Of a stretch of DNA of 64,000 nucleotides, positions 41,301 through 50,050 are shown piece after piece; position 1 is the first letter of the stretch; each line of letters begins with the position of its first letter. A program made the position numbers and the translations under genes. This DNA comes from an uncultured Ruminococcus sp. (GTDB lineage: Bacteria; Bacillota; Clostridia; Oscillospirales; CAG-272): NCBI GenBank assembly GCA_902762505.1, contig CACWOQ010000012.1, positions 2,481-66,480 on the forward strand, given 5' to 3'. The notes below the pieces were generated by a model. That model was not told the DNA's origin, did no database searches, and worked only from the letters and a program-made list of their open reading frames with translations.

Positions 41301-41506
41301 ACCTCGGACAGCATAAGTCCGTTTTCGTTCGGCTTGATGATGACCTCGGGCTGCGGCAGCGTTTCGATCGCTGTATCGGAACCGGGCGCCGACGACGACG
41401 GCGCCGTGCCGCTTACGTCAAACGAATCGTCGGGAGTGCTGAGATCGCACGCGGCGAGGCTTAAAAGCGTAATGACCGCGAGCGCAACCGATATAATTCT
41501 TTTCAT
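38345..41506 (-). CDS. CotH-family kinase lipoprotein with lamin-tail domains and Fn3-associated repeat
   Basis: LAAC lipobox; LTD repeats (SEVMASN..DWIELYN, INEF..WVEIYN, ISEV..DFVEI); YYTTDGTAPT; YYGIYDLRE, NTDPGN, WIPYDFD. Confidence 0.88.
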   Translation of the reverse strand: MKRIISVALAVITLLSLAACDLSTPDDSFDVSGTAPSSSAPGSDTAIETLPQPEVIIKPNENGLMLSEVMASNKSTLTDDYGEYSDWIELYNGGSSEISLKNYLITDNPDNRTKGILPDVKLKPGEYIIIWASGRNVYNEQTTSIHLPFKLSKAGETVSLLTSGGTEIGRITIPANCPSDISAAPAPDGHTVLLSEPTPGEKNGTAEYQPKQSTDEPLNLTDKTVNTVRINEFATKKCITFTDEEGDYGAWVEIYNYGEKVVKLKGLFLSDDEADKTKWEFPDVTLQPDGYLTVFMLGKDKEYAGGELHASFTLSGKEESLGIYNGRGDEMDRCTVYDLESNMTCGRDPENPDKWLFFPRATRNAKNDVPGFEDINSARHPAYKTAYISEVVAVNATLDSSPDGKSYSSGELYDYYKLYDFVEIKNPTENDLDLSELYIGKKTFDRAVWLPTVKVKAGGYRIIYFGDETKYDSKTDSVYVDLGLNRYGNDIYLYDKNGTVVDSVVTGLLFDRTSAGRVSDDDDTLYYFTQVTPGAKNSTVTYSKSVGAPSFSLEGGYVEAGTAVTIKAPAGCIVYYTTDGTAPTQASTLYRSPITIDKTTSIRARAFKSDALPSDEVSVSFIVGRVHNMPVVFLNADPNDLFSEKTGIFADGPNFDTESMKYDDPSLGGSEKENLFFKDAPKANYWQSWERPVSFTYIDESGRQVLNFNAGIKVFGQYSRVHDQKSVSINLKDKYGIKEVVYPFFGEDYINVFSSLVLRGSGQDANRSHIRDAFIARALLGKINCEVMNYRPVVVYLNGDYYGIYDLRERISDEFVANHTGADPDNLDRMKGSSIVQSGTSTNYNELYKFVTTKNMSNEDNYAYVCSRMDIDNYIDYWISQIYFANTDPGNIKFYRERTDTAKWRWIPYDFDWSMSSEESRFNYVFKQDKKIYGIIQGLIKNSTFKKKFISRFCELLNDTLNPDRLLPLLRELTNEISEEMEYHIARWGFRNKNDDRYISGILMSAPSSMTRWETHIASVEGWLRERDVNVIKHMKSYFGLSDADLRSYGLKI

Positions 41507-41519
41507 TTTACTCCTCTTA

Positions 41520-42203
41520 TCAAATGTATTCGCCGGTGCTCTTTACGAGCGTCACGGAGGATACGCCGGGGTATGCGTTGAGCTTGTTCAGGAATTTTGT
41601 GGAACCGGAGATAAGCGTGACCTCCATCGAAAGCTCGACGGTGTTTTCAACGAGAGCCTTTGATTTCAGACGGCTTTTCTTCGTGGATTTTTCGATATAG
41701 CGGACGACGGGTTCCTCGTCGTCGGGGTTTACGTTTATCATGAGTATATAGGAATCCGCGGCGGAGGGCAGGCGGGAGGCGACGATGAGTATCACGCCGA
41801 CGACAACGGCGCCGACAGCCGCGAGACCGAGCAGGTTTGCGCCGCACATGATGCCCGCGCAGATGGAGTAGTACAGGAATACTATGTCAAGCGGATCCTT
41901 TATCGCCGTTCTGAAACGGATGATCGAAAGCGCGCCGACCATACCGAGCGAAAGAACGATGTTCGACGTTATCGTCATGAGGATCAGTGTCGTGATGACG
42001 TCCATCGCAAGAAGCGAAACGGCGAACGTGCGGGAGAAGAGCACGCCGCGGTAGCTGATGCGGTAAACGACGATTATGAGAAGTCCGATGAGTATGGATA
42101 CCGCCATGGTGAGCAGAAATCTGCCCATGCCGAGATCCTGGTTGAAGTTTTCGACGAAGCCTTTTTTGAAAACGTCTGAAAATGTGGTTAAAGAGTATAT
42201 CAT
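41520..42203 (-). CDS. DUF4956 membrane protein
   Basis: SLGMVGALSIIRFRTAIKDP signature; TMs plus C-terminal ACT-like domain. Confidence 0.92.
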   Translation of the reverse strand: MIYSLTTFSDVFKKGFVENFNQDLGMGRFLLTMAVSILIGLLIIVVYRISYRGVLFSRTFAVSLLAMDVITTLILMTITSNIVLSLGMVGALSIIRFRTAIKDPLDIVFLYYSICAGIMCGANLLGLAAVGAVVVGVILIVASRLPSAADSYILMINVNPDDEEPVVRYIEKSTKKSRLKSKALVENTVELSMEVTLISGSTKFLNKLNAYPGVSSVTLVKSTGEYI

Positions 42204-42218
42204 GACGGTGGTCCTTTC

Positions 42219-42923
42219 TTAACTAAACGTTCTTCCGAACACGTATTTTGAACATGAGCTCTGCATCGTGGATTCATCCGGAAGCAGATTTCTTATATGA
42301 TCGGGCAGGAAATGGTCGTATTTGACCTCCAGCACGACCCAGCACGGCGGTACGGTATAAACAAGAGTTCCGTAATCGAGAAACATATCGACGCCGGCGC
42401 CGGAGCCCTTGATATTTGAATCGAGCGTGATCCTCACGTTCGACGCGTCGCATACGAACGCACGGCGCGTGTATTCGACTATCGTCTTTGGGCGGTATCC
42501 CTCGACGTTTATCATATGGTAAAACTCACGGGCAAGATCGGAGTCAAGCGAGAGAAGGCTTTCGCCGCGGCGGTACATTATATCGTCGTAGATCTGACGG
42601 TCTATCCTGACGGATTCCTTTTTGCCGAGCGGTCCGCGCTTGCTTTTACGCTCCAGGCTGATGAAAGAATCGCTGTGGTTGTACGATCTGATACGGTATT
42701 TTTTACGCTTCAGAAGCCCGGCGGCTGTGCCGGCAAGCGATCTTTCGTCCGGCGTGTCAAAATACACGCTGCTTATAAGATATTTGCCGCGGTCTACCGC
42801 GTATTTGTCGAATTTCATCACCTGACACAGACGCGAGGTAAGCTCGGTCGCCTGTACCGGCGTTATGAAGTATTTCAGCTCGTGCCTGTAATCCTGCGAG
42901 GAATCCTGCATCAGGCGGTCCAA
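42219..42923 (-). CDS. VTC-domain (CYTH/TTM fold) polyphosphate polymerase
   Basis: RHELKY, ISSVYFDT, KKYRIRSY, LERK, YTRRAF, RITLD, VLEVKY, SKY; TTG start with GGGGGTG RBS (or ATG 42911). Confidence 0.92.
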   Translation of the reverse strand: MDRLMQDSSQDYRHELKYFITPVQATELTSRLCQVMKFDKYAVDRGKYLISSVYFDTPDERSLAGTAAGLLKRKKYRIRSYNHSDSFISLERKSKRGPLGKKESVRIDRQIYDDIMYRRGESLLSLDSDLAREFYHMINVEGYRPKTIVEYTRRAFVCDASNVRITLDSNIKGSGAGVDMFLDYGTLVYTVPPCWVVLEVKYDHFLPDHIRNLLPDESTMQSSCSKYVFGRTFS

Positions 42924-42944
42924 GACACCACCCCCTTTTAATTT

Positions 42945-42973
42945 AATATATCACATTGTTTAAAGTATATCAA
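42945..42973 (-). promoter_or_regulatory. sigmaA promoter of the VTC-DUF4956-CotH operon
   Basis: TTGATA-17nt-TATATT with TG extension. Confidence 0.65.
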
Positions 42974-42988
42974 GCGGTATTTGTAACA

Positions 42989-44356
42989 TTATCTTATCCG
43001 CTTGCGTTTTTTCTTCTGTCCGCGGTATATCGCTCTTCCGATAACGTAAAGGAACAGAAATACGAAAAACGCGACGATCGAGCCGATCACAACGGGGCGC
43101 TTTACGAAGTTTTCCGTCAGATCGAGCATATACAGGATCCTGCTCTGCGCGACGGAGGTCGTTGTGACGAGCGGAACGCGGCAGACCTCGGAGCCGTTGT
43201 ATTCCACTATGATCTCGCCCGCCTGCGTACCCTGCGCTACCGGCGCGTCAAGCACGGTTTCGGGAACTATGGAGCGGAGCGTTATCTCTGTTTTGACGTC
43301 GGTGCCGACCGGCAGATACATGGAAACCGTCTGCGCGGGGCAAAGCGTGACGACGTCGGTATTCGTGCTGAATCTGACGCCCGTCTCGGTGACGATGACG
43401 CCCTTTTTCAGCACGTCCATATAAGTGAATCCCGTTCTTGCGTAGTTGAGCAGCTTGATCGTGTCGTCGTATTCGGTGAGACGCCCGGTCTCCGAGTCGT
43501 CTCTGCCGCCCATTATGATCGAGAAATAGCGCTTTCCGTCGTATTCCGCGCTCGTGAGCAGGCATTCGCCCATCGTTTCGGTGGAACCGTAGTTCATGCC
43601 GGTGACGCCCGCGGTCTTATAAAGCGGCGTCTGATATGAGCTTATGAGAAAGTTGCGCGAAAGGACGACGTGCTTGCCGACCGTGAGTTTTTCCGTCGAC
43701 GTCATTTCGGTAAATCCCGGGATCGACGCCGCGTGAACGGCGATCTTTATTATATCGGACAGGATCGCGCGGTCGCCGTCGGCTTCAAGCCCGGTCACGT
43801 TTTTGAACACCGTGTTCTCACAGCCGAGCTCGGCGGCGCGCTTTGTCATAAGCGACGCGAATTCCTCAAGGTCCGGACGGTCCGTTTCCACGTTCTGCAT
43901 GTAATAATGTGCGAGTATGGTCGAAACGTCGTTCGCGCCGTGCATCAGCAGTATCGTCAGAAGCTGACGGATGGTCAGGACCTCGCCTTCTTCGAGATAG
44001 ATCGAAAGCCCCGCCTTGTCTTCAAGCAGTTTTTTCGTTACGGTTATCTCTTCGTCGAGCCTGTCGCCGAATTTTTCAAAAATCATTATACCGACCATGA
44101 TCTTCGTCGTCGAGGCGGGACGGAGCAGCTGATCGTCGTTTTTGCGGTAAAGTATCCTGTCGTCGTATTCGCTGTAAACGAGCGCGTATTTCGATCTTAT
44201 CGTAACGCTTTCGTCCTGCGGTATGACGTAGTCCTTCGGTACCAGCACCTGATCGGAGGATGCGTTGTCGCCGGCTGTTGTGTCAACGGCTCCGGCGGCG
44301 GTGCAGAGAATTGTCAGCGAAGCGATAAGCAAAGCCGTTATTCTTTTAAAATTCAT
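42989..44356 (-). CDS. D-alanyl-D-alanine carboxypeptidase (peptidase S11)
   Basis: PASTTKIM, GAND, F.NVTGL, PBP5_C LDAPV; signal peptide and C-terminal TM; KTG motif appears replaced. Confidence 0.85.
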   Translation of the reverse strand: MNFKRITALLIASLTILCTAAGAVDTTAGDNASSDQVLVPKDYVIPQDESVTIRSKYALVYSEYDDRILYRKNDDQLLRPASTTKIMVGIMIFEKFGDRLDEEITVTKKLLEDKAGLSIYLEEGEVLTIRQLLTILLMHGANDVSTILAHYYMQNVETDRPDLEEFASLMTKRAAELGCENTVFKNVTGLEADGDRAILSDIIKIAVHAASIPGFTEMTSTEKLTVGKHVVLSRNFLISSYQTPLYKTAGVTGMNYGSTETMGECLLTSAEYDGKRYFSIIMGGRDDSETGRLTEYDDTIKLLNYARTGFTYMDVLKKGVIVTETGVRFSTNTDVVTLCPAQTVSMYLPVGTDVKTEITLRSIVPETVLDAPVAQGTQAGEIIVEYNGSEVCRVPLVTTTSVAQSRILYMLDLTENFVKRPVVIGSIVAFFVFLFLYVIGRAIYRGQKKKRKRIR

Positions 44357-45228
44357 TTTATCTCCCTGACTGCATCGACGTCCTTGGCTATCTGCGCTTT
44401 GAGTTCGTCGAGTGAATCGAACCTGCGCTCGCCGCGCAGATATGATTTGAATTCCGTTTTTACGGTTTTTCCGTACAGATCCATATCGCAGTCGAGCACG
44501 TGCGATTCGACCGTCACACGGTCAGATCCGACGGTAGGCTTTACGCCGACGTTCGTCACGGCGCGGTACGTCTTGCCGTCTATATGGACGAGACAGTAAT
44601 ACACTCCGCGGCAAAGCGGCGTTATGTCGTCCGGATAATTCTGATTTATCGTCGGGAATCCGAGCCCCGTGCCGATGTGGTTGCCGTGGACGACCGGAAG
44701 GCAAAGCGAGAACGGACGTCCGAGGAGCTTTTCGGCGTGATCCGCCCTTCCCTCTGAAAGAAGCTTGCGAATTGCCGTGGAACTGACGGGCAAGCCGCCG
44801 TATCTGACTTCGTCGTGAACCGCGGCGCCTATGCCGAGCTCTCTCAACTCGGAGCATAAGGTATCCGCGTCGCCTTCGGCTCCCGCGCCGAAGCGGAAAT
44901 TATATCCGCATACAACGTACGAGGCGCCGCACTGTAAGGCGAGTATCTGCCGGCAGAACTGTGCCGGGCTCATATCCCGGAGAGCTTCGAACGGACGGCT
45001 GAAAATTTTGTCGACACCCATGGACCGGAGAATTTCCGATCGCTGTTCGGGCGTTATGAGATGCTTTGACGACCCCTTCGGGGCGAATCCGTCAAACGTG
45101 AAAACGGCGACCTTGCCGCCCGTCGCCCGGGCGAGGGAACGCGCGGTGCTTATAAGCGCCGCGTGACCGATATGCACGCCGTCGAAATTGCCGACGGCGA
45201 CAGCGTATTTTTCTTTTTCAAACGTCAT
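44353..45228 (-). CDS. ribF: Riboflavin kinase / FAD synthetase
   Basis: GNFDGVHIGH, GYNFRFG, VSST.IR, GFPTIN, NVGVKPT, LRGERRF. Confidence 0.95.
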   Translation of the reverse strand: MTFEKEKYAVAVGNFDGVHIGHAALISTARSLARATGGKVAVFTFDGFAPKGSSKHLITPEQRSEILRSMGVDKIFSRPFEALRDMSPAQFCRQILALQCGASYVVCGYNFRFGAGAEGDADTLCSELRELGIGAAVHDEVRYGGLPVSSTAIRKLLSEGRADHAEKLLGRPFSLCLPVVHGNHIGTGLGFPTINQNYPDDITPLCRGVYYCLVHIDGKTYRAVTNVGVKPTVGSDRVTVESHVLDCDMDLYGKTVKTEFKSYLRGERRFDSLDELKAQIAKDVDAVREIK

Positions 45229-45229
45229 T

Positions 45230-45931
45230 TCAAAGAGGCTTGACCTTTATCACCGCGTACCTTCTCGGATAAATATCCGGGGTGCGCTTTGTTTTTTTGA
45301 ATTCTATGATGCATCTTTCCGCATCCTCGCCGGAAAGCTTCAGCACGTGTCCGTGCGCCGTCACGGCGCCGGCTCCGAGTACGTCGGCGGCGCGCTGTGA
45401 AGCGGCAAGCTCGGACACGTCCGTTTTCATCGCGTAGAACGCGCCGCCCTGTCTGACGTAAGGCAGGCAGAGCTCGCATAAAACGGGCAGCGCGGCGACT
45501 GCGCGCGCTGTCACGGCGTCGAAGCTTTCGCGCAGGGGCTTTTTGCACAGCTCCTCGGCGCGTCCGCACAGGGTCGTCACGTTCGACAGTCCGAGCGTTT
45601 TCGCCGCGTGTTCGACGAAAGCGAGCTTTTTGCCCGTCGAATCCATGGCGGTTACGCTGATCCCGGGGCAGAGGATCGCCGTCGGAAGAGACGGAAATCC
45701 CCCGCCGCAGCCGACGTCGAGCAGAGTTGACGCGCCCGACAGATACGGAGCAAGAAGCGCGCTGTCGACCATGTGTCTGCCCCAGACGTCTTCTTCGGTT
45801 TTCAGCGACGTCAGATTGACTTTTTCATTGTATTCGAGCAGGAGCCTGCCGAGCGCGATGAGCTTTTCCTCTTTTTCCGCGTCAAGAAGCCTATCCGCGC
45901 CGTTTTCTTCAAAGCACTGACGGAGCGTCAT
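45230..45931 (-). CDS. rsmG: 16S rRNA m7G527 methyltransferase
   Basis: NLTS, HMVDS, DVGCGGGFP, RAEE, ARAVA, YPR; ATG 45931 overlaps upstream stop. Confidence 0.95.
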   Translation of the reverse strand: MTLRQCFEENGADRLLDAEKEEKLIALGRLLLEYNEKVNLTSLKTEEDVWGRHMVDSALLAPYLSGASTLLDVGCGGGFPSLPTAILCPGISVTAMDSTGKKLAFVEHAAKTLGLSNVTTLCGRAEELCKKPLRESFDAVTARAVAALPVLCELCLPYVRQGGAFYAMKTDVSELAASQRAADVLGAGAVTAHGHVLKLSGEDAERCIIEFKKTKRTPDIYPRRYAVIKVKPL

Positions 45932-48153
45932 AGCGTTATGACTCTGCCGCCGGACGACGCGGCGAAATCGCGGTCGCGCTTGTGGCACGTGAATACGATC
46001 GACTGCGTCCCGGAGGAAGCGAGCGTCTGCATTATGCGCAGGGCGCGCTTGTCGTCAACGCGGGCGAACGTGTCGTCGAAAAACGCGGGCGCCTTGTCCG
46101 GGAATATGAGATCCATGAGCGACAGACGCAGACTGACGTAAGCTATATCCTGCGTGCCGCTGCTGAGCGTGTCGGCGCGGTGTGTCATACCGCCGCCGGT
46201 ATATGATATTTCAAGCTTGTTCGATATCCCGAGCCCGTCGTATTTGCCGCCGGAAAAGCCCTTCATATACTGACCGGCTCCGCGCGCAAGCGTCGGAGAA
46301 ATACTGCTTCTGAGCGCCGCGGAGGCTTCGGCGAGCTTTTCGTAAGCCATGCTCGTCGCCTTGAATTCCATTTGCGCCTCTTCAAGCCGGCGGCGCGCGT
46401 CAAGCAGCTTTGCGTATATCACGGACGGCAGCGTGAACGTGGCGTTCGCCGCCGCGAAGCTCTGTTCCTCTGAGGAGATCTTTTCGGAGATCGCTTCGTT
46501 CTGCCGGACGAGAAGATTCAGCTCGGTCCTGCGTTCGTCGGCGTTGAAGGAGTCGAGCTCGTCCGGCTGAAGCGCTCCGCAAAGGCGGGCGCGCAGCGTT
46601 TCACGGTCGTCGCCCTTAACGCGCTCCGCGGACGTCCTCGTCCTGTACTGCGCCATTTCTATCTGCTTGCGGACGTTAGAGACCTCGGATACGACGGTTT
46701 CGACCTCGGAAATGAGTCCGGGGAGCCCGGATACGTCGGTCTCTCTGTATTTAGCGGAAAATCCGCGTACAGCCCCGTCAAGCTCGGATAAGCGTCTGTC
46801 GGCACGGTCCTTTTCTTCCTTTGCCCTGTTGTATGCCGCGGTGCGCTCGTCGGAGGCGTCCTTCGCGTCGTCAAGTCCGGCGAGAAGATCCGGGATCTCA
46901 TCGGGATCGTCACAGCCGAGCTTCGCGGCGAGCTTTTCAAGCCCGCGTTTCAGCTTCGAAGTCTTTCCGGCGTTATAAGCTCCTATGATCACGCATACGG
47001 TGGCGACGGCGGCGCAGACGGCGCCGTACGGCAGAAACAGCCCGATAAACGCGAGAAGCGCGGCGGTGACGGCAAGCGCTGCCGCCAGAATGAACGGCAG
47101 AGCCGTGTATTTTTTGTATTTGAACAGCTTTTCGTCAAAGCCGTCGTACATATCGCGCAGAGCGTCCACGCCGCCTATTCCCGCGGCGATGCGGAGAATG
47201 CCGGACGATTTCGAGTTTTTCAGCTCTCCGTCGGCTTTTTGCAGTTCAAGCGCGGCTTTTCCCGCGTTTTCCTTCAATTCAACGGCGCTCGCTTGTAAAG
47301 AGTGCAGACCGTCCGCAAATTCACGGTCCGGCAGATAGCCGTTGTTAGAGTATTTTTCGGCGAGCTTTTCAAGCTTGCTCTGACCCTCCGCAAGACTCCT
47401 CAGATTCTCTTCGTGCTCGTCAAGCTCGCGCAGGCGGCGGTACGTGTCGAGATCGTGAAGCTGCGCCGTTATTTTGTCTATGCGCTCCTTGTTCGACTGC
47501 AGACGCGCGCGGCGCGTACGGATCGAATCGTCGAGGCTGAATATATGCTCGGACTCGGATTTTGCGGCGTTGAGTCTGAATTCAAGCTCGGATACGTTGT
47601 TTTCAAGCTCGTAAATCTTTCCGCCCTTGCGGTTCTTGTAATAGAGCGCGACGCGGCTTTCATCGAGCTTTTTCAGCGCTTTTTTGGTGCTGACCGCCTC
47701 GTCCGCGGAGAAGACGATGTTTTCGATTGCCTCGGGCAGACCGGCGCCGCCGACCGCGGAGCCGAGATCTCCGGTGAACGCCGTGTTTTCGAACACGTTC
47801 TCCGGCACGCCGATGAACAGCTCCCACGGCGCTTTGTCGGTGCGGAGCGTATCTCCGTCCTTATAAATGCTTATCCTGTCCTTTGCGCGGGTCAGAAGCA
47901 GTTCGCGCTCGATCCTGTATTCGGAGCCTTTGGACGTGAGCGTGAGAGAACCGGAGCAGCCGGATCTGCCCCACGCGACGTATTTTTCACGGCCGGGCTT
48001 GTCAAGCCCGTAGAAAATGAAGCGTATGAAAGCGCCGACGGTGCTTTTTCCCGTCTCGTTGTCGCCTTCGATGACGTTGAGCCCGTCACAGAAGCTGACG
48101 TCTTTGTCCGACAGCATTCCGAAGGAGACTATATGAAGTTCGTTGATTTTCAT
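45928..48153 (-). CDS. yhaN: YhaN-like SMC/Rad50 family ATPase
   Basis: GDNETGKST, coiled coil with internal TM pair, LSSGTQD, DDTFARVD, FTCH. Confidence 0.85.
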   Translation of the reverse strand: MKINELHIVSFGMLSDKDVSFCDGLNVIEGDNETGKSTVGAFIRFIFYGLDKPGREKYVAWGRSGCSGSLTLTSKGSEYRIERELLLTRAKDRISIYKDGDTLRTDKAPWELFIGVPENVFENTAFTGDLGSAVGGAGLPEAIENIVFSADEAVSTKKALKKLDESRVALYYKNRKGGKIYELENNVSELEFRLNAAKSESEHIFSLDDSIRTRRARLQSNKERIDKITAQLHDLDTYRRLRELDEHEENLRSLAEGQSKLEKLAEKYSNNGYLPDREFADGLHSLQASAVELKENAGKAALELQKADGELKNSKSSGILRIAAGIGGVDALRDMYDGFDEKLFKYKKYTALPFILAAALAVTAALLAFIGLFLPYGAVCAAVATVCVIIGAYNAGKTSKLKRGLEKLAAKLGCDDPDEIPDLLAGLDDAKDASDERTAAYNRAKEEKDRADRRLSELDGAVRGFSAKYRETDVSGLPGLISEVETVVSEVSNVRKQIEMAQYRTRTSAERVKGDDRETLRARLCGALQPDELDSFNADERRTELNLLVRQNEAISEKISSEEQSFAAANATFTLPSVIYAKLLDARRRLEEAQMEFKATSMAYEKLAEASAALRSSISPTLARGAGQYMKGFSGGKYDGLGISNKLEISYTGGGMTHRADTLSSGTQDIAYVSLRLSLMDLIFPDKAPAFFDDTFARVDDKRALRIMQTLASSGTQSIVFTCHKRDRDFAASSGGRVITL

Positions 48154-49280
48154 TGCAGACTCCTTCCCGAAAGCGCTTCAAGCCCGATCTTGAGGGCGAG
48201 CGCGGCGATACGGCGCTCCTCCTCCGTCCCATCGGACAGATACGGCGCCATTGCGCGGCAGAAAGCCCCGCGGATGCCGGGCTCGGATTCGTAACGGTCC
48301 ATATCGAGCGTGGGCTCGGTACGGTCCTCGATCTCTATATATCTCACGCCGTATATGCGCGGTGAAAGAGCCTGTTCGTTCACGATGAGCGACGGCGGCA
48401 CGGATCCGCGGAGCACGGCGCGTACGCACGCCTCGTTTCCGACGGACGCCGCGCGGATCGCCGCGTTGATACGGTCGGCAAGGGCGACCGAGTCCTCACA
48501 GCCGGAGCAGTCGACGTCGGTGACCTCGAATCTGCGCTGTGTGAAGGATCTTGTCCTGAAATCGGCGTAAAGATGACCGTCGCGCTTGTCAAGCTCGGCG
48601 ATGAGCGCGGATTTCTGACCGCATTCGTCAAACGACCTGCCTTCAAGGCATCCGGAATACGCGTAATAAGTGTTCCTCAGCCGTTTGGCGCCGTCCGTAC
48701 CCTTGTGTATATGACCGAGCGCGGCAAAATCGAATCCGGATGATTCAAGCTCGTTTTTGCTTATACTGCAATATCTTCCGCCGACGGGACCGTCAAGCTC
48801 GCAGTGAGCGCATAAAACGTTGATCCTGTCAAAATCGAGCCGCGGTTTTACGGCGAGAGGGTCGACGGACATCGTATCGTCCGTGAACGCCCAGCCGTAG
48901 ACGTCGCAGTTGAGATCGTCAAAGCTGATCTTCGACAGCGACGACGAGCGGAAAATATAAACGTTTTTCGGAAATTCGGTCTTTGCCCACGGCGAATCGG
49001 GTTTGTACGGGTCGTGATTGCCGGGAGAGATTATGAATCTGATATCCGGATTTTTTTCAAATTCCGAGCAGAGAAGAGCGAGCGTTTCACGCGCGGCAAA
49101 GCCGGTGTCGAAAATATCGCCCGGCATAAGCACGAGGTCGATCTTCGCGGTCCTCGCGTAAAGAACGGCGGAGGTGAAGGTGCCTCTGAGCATCCGGCGC
49201 ATCGCCTGAGCGGTCTCCGCGTTTTTCAGTGAAAACGGACTGTCAAGATGCAAGTCCGCCATATGTAATATTTTTACCAT
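48150..49280 (-). CDS. yhaO: YhaO/SbcD/Mre11 family DNA repair exonuclease
   Basis: HMADLHLD, GDIFD, GNHD, ALGHIH, YSGCLEGRSFDECG. Confidence 0.9.
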   Translation of the reverse strand: MVKILHMADLHLDSPFSLKNAETAQAMRRMLRGTFTSAVLYARTAKIDLVLMPGDIFDTGFAARETLALLCSEFEKNPDIRFIISPGNHDPYKPDSPWAKTEFPKNVYIFRSSSLSKISFDDLNCDVYGWAFTDDTMSVDPLAVKPRLDFDRINVLCAHCELDGPVGGRYCSISKNELESSGFDFAALGHIHKGTDGAKRLRNTYYAYSGCLEGRSFDECGQKSALIAELDKRDGHLYADFRTRSFTQRRFEVTDVDCSGCEDSVALADRINAAIRAASVGNEACVRAVLRGSVPPSLIVNEQALSPRIYGVRYIEIEDRTEPTLDMDRYESEPGIRGAFCRAMAPYLSDGTEEERRIAALALKIGLEALSGRSLQ

Positions 49281-49310
49281 TATATAATCCTCTGATAAGA
49301 CAGTATATTC

Positions 49311-49339
49311 ATTATATCAAACCGATTCCGAAAAATCAA
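49311..49339 (-). promoter_or_regulatory. sigmaA promoter of the yhaO operon
   Basis: TTGATT-17nt-TATAAT with TG extension. Confidence 0.7.
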
Positions 49340-49482
49340 TACGATACTTGCAAATAGTTGAAAAATTCGACGGTTGTTTTTTTGCATTTTCTCTCTTTTG
49401 CATACAAGTTAACTCATTTTGCTTGAAATCTTATTATTTTGATGGTAATATTAAGATAATTCTACTTTACGGAGATAATACG

Positions 49483-50049
49483 ATGAAAGAATTTTACGAG
49501 ATCGAGATCGAAGGTCTTAAAAGAAATCTGCCGCTTTGCCCGCTCAACGACAAGCTCAAGATCGGCGCGTTCGTCATTTTCGGCGACGTGGAGCTGACGG
49601 AGGCTTCGGCGGCTGGGCTTCTCAAGATCGCGCCGGCTGATTACGATTATATGATCACAGCCGAGAGCAAGGGAATACCGCTCGTGTACGAAATGGCGCG
49701 TCAGAGCGGACAGAACAAATATTTCCTCGCGAGAAAAGCGCCCAAGCTGTATATGAAAAACATCCTCAAATGCGAGGTCAAATCCATAACCACCGCAAAG
49801 GTACAGACGCTGTATCTCGACGGAGATGACGCGGAGCTTATGCGCGGCAAACGCATACTCATCGTTGACGACGTTATAAGCACCGGCGAATCGCTCAAGG
49901 CGCTTGAAGCGCTCGTCGAGCAGGCGGGCGGCATCATAGCCGGACGCATGGCTGTCCTCGCCGAGGGCGACGCGTGGAACAGAGACGACATAAAGGCGCT
50001 TCAGTACCTGCCCCTGTTCGACGCCGAAGGCGAACCCCTTCCCCTGTAA
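49483..50049 (+). CDS. Purine (adenine-type) phosphoribosyltransferase
   Basis: AESKGIP, ARK, PRPP motif ILIVDDVISTGES; GGAG RBS before ATG 49483. Confidence 0.88.
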   Translation: MKEFYEIEIEGLKRNLPLCPLNDKLKIGAFVIFGDVELTEASAAGLLKIAPADYDYMITAESKGIPLVYEMARQSGQNKYFLARKAPKLYMKNILKCEVKSITTAKVQTLYLDGDDAELMRGKRILIVDDVISTGESLKALEALVEQAGGIIAGRMAVLAEGDAWNRDDIKALQYLPLFDAEGEPLPL

Positions 50050-50050
50050 T

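Noticed and set aside
45928-49280. Novel nuclease-ATPase defence system
   Set aside because: Matches the widespread YhaO-YhaN pair and sits in a housekeeping operon with rsmG and ribF
49281-49482. Purine riboswitch upstream of the phosphoribosyltransferase
   Set aside because: No purine aptamer core; AT-rich divergent promoter region only
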